A DNA stretch of 64,000 bases from Octopus vulgaris (Eukaryota), in contig OX597833.1 in assembly GCA_951406725.2 (NCBI GenBank), positions 9,362,001 to 9,426,000 of the forward strand, given 5' to 3'. The translations under genes and the position numbers were made by a program. Each line of letters begins with the position of its first letter. The stretch's first letter is position 1. The notes under the pieces were generated by a model, which worked only from the letters and a program-made list of their open reading frames with translations, did not search any database and was not told the DNA's origin. Shown here piece by piece: positions 53,757 through 64,000 of this stretch.

Positions 53757-53757
<1 letters not shown>
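53435..53757 (-). repeat. tRNA-derived SINE of a second CORE/V-type family
   Basis: Minus strand has A box tggcttagtagtt, B box gagttcgattcc and core gtgtccttgagcaggacacttt. Confidence 0.8.
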
Positions 53758-53831
<74 letters not shown>

Positions 53832-53924
53832 TATAAATAAATGTGATTTGATTTTAACCAAAGAATGTAAAGAGACTGAATAAATATAACGAAGCCTTTT
53901 TTTCCAGACGCTCTTTTTCTTTTA

Positions 53925-54130
53925 TACTTTTGTTTCAGTCATTTGACTGCGGCCATGCTGGAGCACCGGCTTTAGTCGAGCAAATCGACCCCAGAACTTA
54001 TTCTTTGTAAGCCTAGTACTTATTCTATCGGTCTCTTTTGTCAAACCTCTAAGTTACGGGGACGTAAATACACCAACATCGGTTGTCAAGCGACGGTGGA
54101 GACAAACGCAGATACACAAACATATACATA

Positions 54131-54220
<90 letters not shown>

Positions 54221-54256
54221 AGGCTTTGGTCGGCCTGAGGCTATAGTAGAAGACAT
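53925..54256 (-). repeat. CORE-type SINE truncated by the adjacent PLE
   Basis: Tail and middle present; breaks at gaagacat, where the PLE ORF region begins. Confidence 0.75.
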
Positions 54257-57185
54257 TTAGTTGCCATTTAGTGGGTTTGACCTCTGCGCTCTCTCCTCAG
54301 TAAGGGACTCCGCTTCACGCCTCTCACGCGCCACTGTGACGAATTTGAGACACGGACCGACGTCAACCAGTTCCTGCGCCGCCTCAAACTTTGCCCATTT
54401 TTCCACGCGTCTCCACAGCGTCACGACAATCAGGATTGCTTTCTGGAGCTGGGGCGCCGCCCATCCAACTGGACGCCGCCCCCAGGCCAATTCAGTAGCC
54501 TAGATTTGTTCGTGAACGACTGCAGTGCGTTGATCAACCAGTTTAACTTTAAAAAAAGACCTCTCCGAGACAACCTCACTCGGGCTGAATTGATTGCCCT
54601 TCGCAACCTAAGTCGCCGCAATGACATCGTCATCAAACCGGCAGACAAAGGCGGAGCAGTGGTGGTGTGGTGCGCGGACCTATACAGGGAGGAAGCGCTC
54701 AGCCAGCTTCAAAATCCCCTCTTCTATCGCCTCCTCCCCTCCGATCCCACCTCTTCCTACCAACAGCGAGTGTCCTCCACCATCCACGATCTCATCTCCT
54801 CTTCTGCTCTCCCCCCCACCGCCACCAGCCTCATCATCCGTACACCCCGCACCTCCACCATCTATTTCCTTCCCAAAATTCATAAACACAATAACCCTGG
54901 CCGCCACATCGTTTCCGCCTGTAATTGCCCCACTGAACACATTTCCCTATACCGCGATCGCTTCCTGTCCCCCTTAGTCGCTGCCCTCCCATCCCACATA
55001 CATGACACTAACCACGCCCTCTGTCTCTTCAATTCCTTTTCCTTCACTTCCAGCCCCTCACACCTCCTCATACATAAAATCCCTTTACACTGTAATTCTC
55101 CACAACGATGGTCTCTTAGCCCTCCAATACTTCCTCGACCGTCGTCCCGACCCCACCCTTATCATCCCCACCCTTCTCCGCCTGGCAGAGCTCGTCCTTA
55201 CCCTCAACTGTTTCACGTTCGCCGAGGAAACGTACCAACATTGTCTGGGGTCGCGATGGGAACGAAAATGGGCCCCAATTTCGCCAATCTCTTTGTTGGC
55301 TACATTGAGGCCCAAGTATTCTCCCAATTCTCCGGGCCGACCCCAGAACTATACGGTCGCTACATAGACGACTGCATAGGCGCTACCTCCCTTTTCCGCG
55401 AACAACTCATCTCTTTCCTCTCTCCAATTCACTTCCACCATCTCCAATACCTCTGTTAACTTCCTTGATATCTCTCTTAGCATCGACCGCCCCTCACACT
55501 CTCTCACCACCTCCGCCTTCTTCAAACCCACGGATTCCCACCTCTATCTCAACTTCTCCTCCTCCCATCCCTTCCACACCAAACGGGCCATCCTCTACTC
55601 CCAGTTCTTCCGCCTCCGACGCTTGTGCAGCCGCGACCAGGTTTTCGAGACCCAGTCTCAGTACCTGGACCGCCTGTTCAGGCATCGAGGATACCCATCA
55701 ACCCTGGTCTTGAACGCCCTTGCCCGCGCTCGTCGTATCGACCGCACCACCGCCCTTTCTCCTTCCTCTCACCAACCCTCCAACCGCACTCCCTTTCCCC
55801 TCCTTTTCCACCCCTCCACTCTAACCCTTCGTCGGAAGATACTACGTGCCTTCCGTCGTCTCCAGTTCGATCCCACGACTCGCCCCATTTTCCCCAACCC
55901 ACTCCTGTCCTCCTTCAAACGAGCCCGGAATCTACGCGAACTCCTGGTCCGTAGCACCCTCTCTTCTTCCCCCTCAGCCCCACACGGATCTTTCCCGTGC
56001 TCCAGATCCCGCTGCAACGCCTGCCCCTTCATCACCAACACCACTGCTGTCACCGGTTCCAACCAGCGAACTGTACGTATTAGACATTCTTTTACGTGCA
56101 CTTCGTCTGGTCTCATATATTGCATAAAATGCAACCTCTGCGGGATGCTGTATGTATGTCAGACGCGACGCCGGTTGGCCGACCGATTTTCCGAACATCT
56201 AATGGAATTTCGGCTGCGTTCTAATTCTCCCGTCGCACGTCACTTCTGCTCGGCCAGCCATTCCCCCGATGACATCTCTGTGTTTGGTCTCGCCCCAAAT
56301 AACGGTCCTCCACAATCCAGGCTTCACTTGGAGCAACGGTTCATTTTCACTTTACAGACTTATACCCCGCACGGACTCAACACAGGCCCCTCCTCCTAGT
56401 GATGCGCTCTACCTCCCACAACAAGCAACTTTTTTATTTCTTATTTCTTCCTCCCCCCTTTCCCCCCTACGTGCTATTACGTCTTTTATATTATTTATTG
56501 TTTTTTTATTATTTTATTGTTTTTATAAATTATTGTCCTTATACAGAAACACATACACACACATACTCACGTATCCACGAACACACACATACTTCCAACA
56601 CACCACACACGTACAACATACATGCACATATACGCACACATATACACACACGCACACACACAAAAATACAACCCCACGCGCACACATACATATGCCCGTG
56701 CACACACATACGTATACAAATGCACACACACGCCACATACACTCACATACTCAAGCACACGCGCGTACACACATTAAAATGAACACAACCTAACACACAT
56801 CTCCACGGTCACACACACGCACATACGCATACACGCACGTACATACGCACACAATACACGCACACACACATACACACGTACATACACACACACCAGCACA
56901 GATGCCCACATATCCCTCCAACAAACAATACTCATACAGATACGCACACATTTATACGCACATGGGCAGAGACACACACACACATACACGCACGTAAGCG
57001 CACACAAGCACACACATGTACATTACGCCCACACAACTCCAACTCCCCCCACACACGCATACATTCACACATACACATACATACATACACACATACATAC
57101 ATACATACATACATACATACATACATACATACATACATACATACATACATACATACATACATACATACATACATACATACATACA

Positions 57186-57220
<35 letters not shown>

Positions 57221-57413
57221 GGGGTTGGCTGTATTGCAGGCGTGCGTCAGTGTATGTATGTGTGTGCCTGTGGATTCACATACACCCACACCAATTTTTT
57301 TTCCATCAATCTTTCAATCAGAACGTGTGTGCTTGCATACATATATATACACACATATAAACCTCTATATTTGTACACACACGAACATGTATACATACAT
57401 TCACTTGCACGCA

Positions 57414-57461
<48 letters not shown>

Positions 57462-57961
57462 CAATACACGCACACACACATACACACGTACAAACACACA
57501 CACCAGCACAGATGCCCACATATACCTCCAACAAACAATACTCATACAGATACGCACACATTTATACACACATGGGCACAGACACACACACACAACACAC
57601 ACACACACAAATGAACCCACACATACATCCCATACACACGGCACACAATTATACATACACGCACACAATTACACATACATATATATACACATAAACACGT
57701 ACAGCACACACGCACACATACACTAAGTAAAGCACAGTTATTCGCCACACTCCCAAACTCTACGCATACACACACGAACACACACATACATACACACACA
57801 TACTACAAACAAAACACACACACGATACATATACATACACGCACACACACACATACTTCAAAGTAACAGTGCTGATCTGTGGCAGGGACAAAAACACCAA
57901 TCCTTATTCTTACAAACTAGCCAAGCTTACTACTAGCCCTTTGTTTACAGCTACAACCACA

Positions 57962-58053
<92 letters not shown>

Positions 58054-58389
58054 GACCTCCGCGCACGCACATATCCACACTTACACACACATTCCCCCTC
58101 CTAACATTCTGCTGTCTTTGACTATACTACTCTTCTGTCTTTGAAAACATCTTTCTTCACCCTTTTCCTTCCGGTCTTTCAAAATGTGACCTCGTGTGTA
58201 CCGTTGGCGATTTTTTTTCTCTGTCTTCCCTTCTCTGGAACTTTCCTTCTCCTATGTTTCCGACGAAGACGCTCCGCTCGAAACGTTAAACCCTCCTTCT
58301 TTCCTTCTTTCCTGAGCATCCAATAATACTATATTTGTTCCACGTCCTCGCGTTGTTGTGTTTTTTTGTGCTTTCTTGTTTGGATTAAC

Positions 58390-58390
<1 letters not shown>
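54257..58390 (+). mobile_element. Neptune-type Penelope-like retroelement: RT, Cys linker, GIY-YIG endonuclease, CA-rich 3' region, terminal repeat
   Basis: IKPADKGG, YFLPKIHK, IKSLYT, GVAMGT, RYIDD, NFLDI, PCSRSRCNAC, LIYCIKC..C..LYVCQT, HGLN; a few frameshifts; hammerhead-like motif at 58256. Confidence 0.93.
58256..58291 (+). ncRNA. Degenerate minimal hammerhead ribozyme in the PLE terminal repeat
   Basis: gttt-CCGACGA-a-gacgc-tcc-gctc-GAAACGTT-aaac; the U4>C core change suggests it is inactive. Confidence 0.6.
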
Positions 58391-58429
<39 letters not shown>

Positions 58430-58499
58430 CACATAAATGTAGCACGATGAAATCAGTGCTCAACACCGCATTGGCGGATATATATATATATATATATAT

Positions 58500-58969
58500 A
58501 ACGTAAAGTATATTAGCCATCTCAATATGGCTAACCACTAAGGGTGGGTGTTACTGTAGCTTTTAGCCCCAGGAGATCATCGTCTCCAGCTGGCTTTAGG
58601 CACACTTTCTGTGTATTTGCAAAGGGAGGTCATCCCTCTCCCGTAAACCTACGTGATACGCACGGAGTGCAGTTTCGAGGTATTTGCCTCTTGTCAACGT
58701 ACGGCAATCACCGGTTTTCGATGAAGGGAGACCTGTTTGCAAATACTTATTGTTTTTCCCCAGTAACTTCCGTCACTGATTTCGAAAAACTGTCTGCAAG
58801 CAATAATAAATCTGTGAACGAGATGTAAACAGTAAAGCTGGAGACGATGATCTCCTGGGGCTAAAAGCTACAGTATCACCCACCCTTAGTGGTTAGCCAC
58901 ATTGAGATGGCTAGGATACTTTACGTTGTCGAGCGGTTACTGTTTACATCTCGTTCAGAGTTTATTATT

Positions 58970-58970
<1 letters not shown>
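58500..58970 (-). mobile_element. Non-coding hammerhead-carrying element, copy 1, with inverted 5' duplication
   Basis: 58500-58591 is mirrored by 58836-58927; homologous to 59385-60001; bounded by (TA)n. Confidence 0.85.
58659..58703 (-). ncRNA. Minimal type I hammerhead ribozyme (variant)
   Basis: cgtacg-TTGACAA-gagg-caaata-cctc-GAAAC-tgca-CTC-cgtgcg. Confidence 0.65.
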
Positions 58971-59041
<71 letters not shown>

Positions 59042-59054
<13 letters not shown>

Positions 59055-59267
59055 CCAATTAAGGACTGAACACGAAAAGTGGACAGTCAACATACTAGAT
59101 ATAGACGTCAAATCGCCATTATATTTTCACTTGTTTATTGCTATGGTTTTGTGCTGAGTTTAATCTGAGAACATAATCTTTTGTGGAGAATGCCGATTTG
59201 ACGTCTATATCTAGCATGTTGAATGTCCACTTTTCGTGTTCAGTCCTTAATTGGTATATATAAATAT
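59042..59267. repeat. Inverted repeat, 79-bp arms, 68-bp spacer
   Basis: 59042-59120 vs 59189-59267, about 3 mismatches by eye. Confidence 0.92.
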
Positions 59268-59342
59268 TTTAATCTTCGGATTCTTTTTTTCTAATATGCT
59301 AGACCACTGGTCTTAATTGATAAATATCAATTTCTACCCTTA

Positions 59343-59376
<34 letters not shown>

Positions 59377-59594
59377 CAAAAACTAATAAATCTCTGAACG
59401 AGATATAAACAGTAACCGCTCGACAACGTAAGGGGTATCAGCCATCTGAATGTGGCTAGCTACTGGGGGTGGGGGTGTTACTGATACTTTTAGCCCCAGG
59501 CGATCAACGTCACCAGAAGGACTTTAGACACTATCTCAGTGTCCTTGTGTTACTTGCAAAGGGAGGTCATCCTCCCTCGAAGACCCGAGTACTA

Positions 59595-59639
59595 CATACG
59601 GACTATAGTTTCAAGGTAATTGCCTCTCGTCAACGTATG
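59595..59639 (-). ncRNA. Minimal type I hammerhead ribozyme
   Basis: catacg-TTGACGA-gagg-caatta-cctt-GAAAC-tata-GTC-cgtatg; perfect 6-bp stem I, palindromic stem III, GUC site. Confidence 0.8.
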
Positions 59640-59786
59640 GTAAGCACTGGTCTTCGATGAAGGAGTCCCCTCGCAAGTAATATATAATGTTTTTCACAGT
59701 AACCACTGTCACTGATGTAGAAAAACTGTCTGAAAACAATAATAAATCTCTGAACGAGAATCTCTTCATCGAAGACCAGTGCTTAC

Positions 59787-59831
59787 CATGCGTTGACGAG
59801 AGGCAATTACCTTGAAACTATAGTCCGTATG
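59787..59831 (+). ncRNA. Minimal type I hammerhead ribozyme
   Basis: catgcg-TTGACGA-gagg-caatta-cctt-GAAAC-tata-GTC-cgtatg. Confidence 0.8.
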
Positions 59832-60560
59832 TAGTACTCGGGTCTTCGAGGGAGGATGACCTCCCTTTGCAAGTAACACAAGGACACTGAGATAGTGTCT
59901 AAAGTCCTTTTGGTGACGTTGATCGCCTGGGGCTAAAAGCATCAGTAACACCCCCACCCCCAGTGGCTAGCCACATTCAGATGGCTGATACCCCTTACGT
60001 TATATATATATATATATATAATAGAAGAGTGTTTAAGCTAGCTCCTGTGGAGGGCTCTTCATTAGGCCTTGGGCTCAACAATGACATTTCCTACATTGGG
60101 TACATATTAAATTTTATCCCGATTGACCAATATTTTTCAAGCAATGAATAATTCTCATCGGAACAATGATATAATTTGTCGACTTGGAACTTATTGTGAA
60201 GCTGCAGGATAAACAATTTTTGTCTTCCCATTCCGGGGCTCAGTACAGTTTTTGTTCTAACCTCTTTCTTTCCTCTCTCTCTCTCTCTCTCTCTCTCTGT
60301 TGATTGTTTTCAACCATCACCAGTATCACCACCATCGTTACCACAACTGCCATACACACACCATTCAGACTTCTGACGTCACCACCATCACCACAGTCTT
60401 TCACATCGCTTACTCTCACTATCATCCTTGACCACCACTACCTCTATCACAATTACAGCTCATACTATTACTATCACCCCATTACAATCTCAAAAGGGCT
60501 AAATGTGCGTTCCTTCAGTATGTTATTCAGCATGTTAGTTCAGTAGCCAGTACCTCTCTC

Positions 60561-60660
60561 TCTCACATACCCACTCAGTCTCTCACATACCCACTCAGTC
60601 TCTCACATACCCACTCAGTCTCTCACATACCCACTCAGTCTCTCACATACCCACTCAGTC
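60561..60660. repeat. Minisatellite, 5 perfect copies of TCTCACATACCCACTCAGTC
   Basis: Directly visible 20-bp period. Confidence 0.97.
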
Positions 60661-60932
60661 TCTTATTATTACTCCCAATGACACCATCAACACGAGTGCT
60701 TTTAATAAAAACATCAACTTTCTTTAAATTTCTTTATCTCTCTTTCTCATCCTTCCTTTTTTCTCTCTTTCTGTCTGTCTTCGCCACAACCCTCACCGTT
60801 TCTATGCCTTCTATTGCTCTCACCCCATCACGAGGAATAGTAGGAGTGTCATTGAATAGTGAGAACGGGAATTTAAATGTGACACACTGACACACAGAAA
60901 TTAGTTTTCGTTTATTTTATATATATATATAT

Positions 60933-61028
60933 AACTCCCACTAAGTTGCCACTTAGTGGGAGTTCAGTCCCACTAAATGGCAACTTGAGCAAATGTCTTC
61001 TTCTATAGCCTCAGGCCGACCAAAGCCT

Positions 61029-61094
<66 letters not shown>

Positions 61095-61303
61095 TAAGTA
61101 TGTATATGGTTGTGTATCTGTATTTGTCCCCACCGTCGCTTGACAACCGATGTTGGTGTATTTACGTCCCCGTAACTTAGCGGTTCGACAACAGAAACGA
61201 TATAATAAGTACTAGGCTTACAAAGAATAAGCCCTAGGGTTGATTTGTTCGACTAAAGGTGGTACTCCAGTATGGCCGTAGTCAAATGACTGAAATAAAA
61301 GAA
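60933..61303 (+). repeat. 5'-truncated CORE-type SINE capped by a perfect hairpin
   Basis: aactcccactaagt-tgcc-acttagtgggagtt (60933-60964) runs into gttcagtcccact...; SINE tail at ~61260-61300. Confidence 0.8.
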
Positions 61304-61321
61304 TATATATATATATATATA

Positions 61322-61649
61322 TATTATATAAAATCCGTTCTGTCTGTCTGTGCGTCTGTCTTCTATCAGGGCGTGCATAAGTCTTGAAAAAATAACAAAA
61401 ATCGATTCCAGGTGAGAATGCGATCGATAAACTCTTCGGTTGCATATTTGTGTAAATAAAATCATTTTTCTTTGGAATAGAAAAAAAGTCTATCTTTATT
61501 TGTTCTTTTGCTGGTGTCTCAAATTTAGGTTAAATCAGTATTTCTCAATGGGGAGGCCTATGGGACGGCGGGACAAGTTGTTTTGAGAAAATTTGGTTTA
61601 AATGTTTGACAACTCAGCACCGTCCATTGGACGGGGGGCGTTTTGCTCG
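61322..61649 (+). mobile_element. Non-autonomous Helitron-like element
   Basis: 5' tattatataaaatccgttctgtctgtctgt; 3' hairpin ccgtcca-t-tggacgg followed by CTCG|T, a variant of CTAG|T. Confidence 0.6.
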
Positions 61650-61841
61650 TATATATATATACATATATATACATATATATATATAAGTCCGTTTGCAAAA
61701 AATTTGTACGAAATTTATTTTCACAAAGCACATTAAAGTTCAAGTAAATTACTGAAACGTCGGCAAAAAGCGGAACTTAATATGTCTGCACAATGATTAA
61801 AAAAGTGAATATTCTATGTGTATTCTCTGTTTTCTTTAAAC

Positions 61842-61885
<44 letters not shown>

Positions 61886-62054
61886 TGAAAGAAACCTGCC
61901 GTATATATGTATATGTATATATATATGCATATGTTTGGGTATTTATGTTTGCCCCACTACCATTGTTTGACAACCGATGTTGATGTGTTGACGTTCCCGT
62001 AACTTAGTGGCTCGTCAAAAGATCGATTGAATAAGTACTATAGTTCTTGTATGT

Positions 62055-62332
62055 TTTATACATAAAGAGGGGAACATTGACAAGACTCCTTACATGCTTT
62101 GCAACTACATGATTATTTAATAATTAGCGATTCCGCTGACGAGCTAAAGATTCCAAATTAGTTTATTTGGCAATTAATAGTGAAACTCGAGTTCCGGATT
62201 AACTACTTCATTTTTTTTTCGTTCTAGTATTATAATGGCGTATCTCACGAATTCTCTTTTCGTGGTTTGAGTTTTAACTGGGCTTTTTGGCATGTAAAGA
62301 GTCCTGTCAATGGTATCCTCTTTGTGTATAAA
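62055..62332. repeat. Fold-back with 43-bp arms enclosing a hammerhead; PLE-terminus-like
   Basis: 62055-62097 is imperfectly mirrored by 62290-62332. Confidence 0.8.
62132..62198 (+). ncRNA. Type I hammerhead ribozyme with long stem II
   Basis: tccg-CTGACGA-gcta...tagt-GAAAC-tcga-GT(T)C-cgga; canonical core, palindromic stem III, one extra nt at the cleavage site. Confidence 0.7.
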
Positions 62333-62371
62333 GACTTTTTATACACTCTATTTTTAAAAATATGTCTTATG

Positions 62372-62417
<46 letters not shown>

Positions 62418-62421
<4 letters not shown>

Positions 62422-62845
62422 CCTTAAATCCTTAAAAATGTTTTAGCCCGAAGGCCGCGGCCATGCTGGGGCACCACCGCTGAATGAGCTACACTAATTT
62501 GTGAATCCACCTCTGATACGTGGCACTTGATCAACAAGGGAGTTCGATGCTGCTGCCCGTATCTGTGTCTCCTGTCGTGAGGTAGGTTCATCTGGGACTC
62601 CCGACAAAAAGAGATCCAGTTTAGTTTTAAAGAAACCCACATCCACACCATGTAAGTCTCTCAGGCATTTAGGGAGGGTGTTAAAGGGCTGTGGTCCTCT
62701 GAAACCCAAGCTGTTGCAGTATCTGGACCTGTATTTTGATGGTGATGTTGGAATCCTTGGCACCATGCAGTGGCGCCCCGTTCTGCGGTTGGGGTAACTT
62801 TGAATGCCAAAGTTTGGGACAAGACCCTCCAGGATTTTCCAGTTG

Positions 62846-62850
<5 letters not shown>
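62418..62850 (-). mobile_element. 3' end of a CR1/L2-group LINE
   Basis: WKILEGLVPN...FNTLP...FKTKLDLFLSGVPDEP; tail ggtgccccagcatggccgcggccttcgggctaaaaca followed by (tttaagga)n. Confidence 0.8.
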
Positions 62851-62919
<69 letters not shown>

Positions 62920-62927
<8 letters not shown>

Positions 62928-63061
62928 TTTATAGAAAAATTAAAGACGAAGACAGGTGTAGGAGCAACAATCAGTATATTTAATTAACACTCGGGAAAAA
63001 TGGAAAAGTCTTTTACGTTTCGGTTTTTACCTGTCATTGTTTATTCACAATGCATTTTTTC

Positions 63062-63121
<60 letters not shown>

Positions 63122-64000
63122 TGTATGTATGTATGTATGTATGTATGTATGTATGTATATACATCCTACATAATAACCACTTCATGTTTGACAATACATT
63201 TTACCGTAAAAAATCCGGAATTGCTATGGGTACAAGGGCAGCACCAGTCATTGCGAACCTAACAATGGGCTACCTGGAAATAATTGTATACCAGGAATCT
63301 TTATCGACCTTTGGAAACCCCCTCTCTCAATACATAAAAGAGAATTGGAAACGATTCCTGGACGATTGTTTTATATTCTGGAATGAAAACACAGATAAAC
63401 TCCTAAAATTCAAAAACCTATTGAACAGCATCAACCCAAATATACAGTTCACAATGGAATACAACCAAAAGGAGCTTCCATTCTTAGATATACTAATTAA
63501 AAAAATTAACCTTAAAATAGAAATAGACATTCTTTACAAAGCCAGAGACGCTAAACAATACCTACTTTTTGATTCATGAGAAAAGTTCAACACAACACAC
63601 CTTCCCCGAAAATACTGCCTTACATATCCACATACAACCCCAAAAACAAAGAAGCCTTCATCATCATCACCCAGAATTTACCAATACTTCATAAGGACCC
63701 CAAATTAAAGGAAATTCTAAACATACATAAAATCATTAAAAGCTACAAACAACCTAAATCACTTAAAAAGATTCTCACAAAGGCAAAATTGTTTTCTGAA
63801 ATTACGGATGCAAAAGTAAAAAAATGTGGTAGACCAAACTGTGCAACATGCCCAAACCTTCTAGAAGGATCAGAATTCCTCTTCAAAGAGGGACAAAAAT
63901 TCAAGATCAAATCTAATTTTACTTGTGCTTCTGAAAACATAATTTATGTCATAAGATGCTCGGGCTGCCACCAAAACTACGTGGGGTCCACGGGACTATC
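62920..64000 (+). mobile_element. Second Neptune-type PLE, 5'-truncated and internally deleted, with an inverted terminal-repeat fragment at 62920-63022
   Basis: GIAMGT, RFLDDCF, LPFLDI, CGRPNCATC, IYVIRCSGCHQNYVGST; minus-strand cgaaacgtaaaagac upstream. Confidence 0.88.

Larger units (their letters stand above)
59385..60001 (+). mobile_element. Non-coding hammerhead-carrying element, copy 2: 356-nt monomer with terminal redundancy plus 238-bp inverted arm
   Basis: aataaatctctgaacgaga at 59385 and 59741; 59425-59662 is mirrored by 59764-60001 with about 4 mismatches. Confidence 0.9.

Noticed and set aside
54506-56399. Naiad-type selenoprotein Penelope element or an active element
   Set aside because: The GIY-YIG domain is C-terminal (Neptune layout), and the frame breaks are ordinary frameshifts and stops.
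59469-59957. Two identical 63-aa ORFs on opposite strands
   Set aside because: A by-product of the inverted duplication; non-ATG starts, and the frame is not conserved in the 58.5-kb copy.
60561-60660. 20-bp repeat array as CRISPR or telomeric sequence
   Set aside because: No spacers; a simple head-to-tail minisatellite.

Overview
Eukaryotic, AT-rich, repeat-dominated DNA. Its SINE, microsatellite and LINE repertoire looks like a cephalopod (probably Octopus) genome; this is inferred from remembered repeat families, not from a search. There is no intact protein-coding gene, rRNA or CRISPR array, and most ORF-track entries are microsatellite translations or broken transposon frames. Recognisable elements are a near-full-length RTE/BovB-type LINE with an inverted 5' end (14.4-17.4 kb, -), an Academ-like DNA transposon (41.5-46.2 kb, -), several Penelope-like elements (PLEs; the best preserved is a Neptune-type RT+GIY-YIG copy at 54.3-58.4 kb), a solo LTR with a 4-bp TSD inside a PLE, R4/Dong-like, RTE and CR1 fragments, Helitron pieces, mariner, hAT and piggyBac remnants or MITEs, and many SINEs. 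Three observations stand out. (1) A ~356-nt non-coding unit carries a minimal type I hammerhead ribozyme with a U3 core variant; it occurs as two fold-back insertions with signs of a multimeric or circular template (58.5-60.0 kb), and further hammerhead-like motifs lie in other fold-backs. (2) A tRNA-like head is joined to a hammerhead-bearing PLE tail (24.4 kb). (3) Three unique-sequence islands each hold a short minus-strand ATG exon ending in a phase-1 splice donor (38.7, 20.6 and 4.8 kb), suggesting alternative first exons of one host gene whose body lies left of the window. Boundaries of decayed repeats are approximate.
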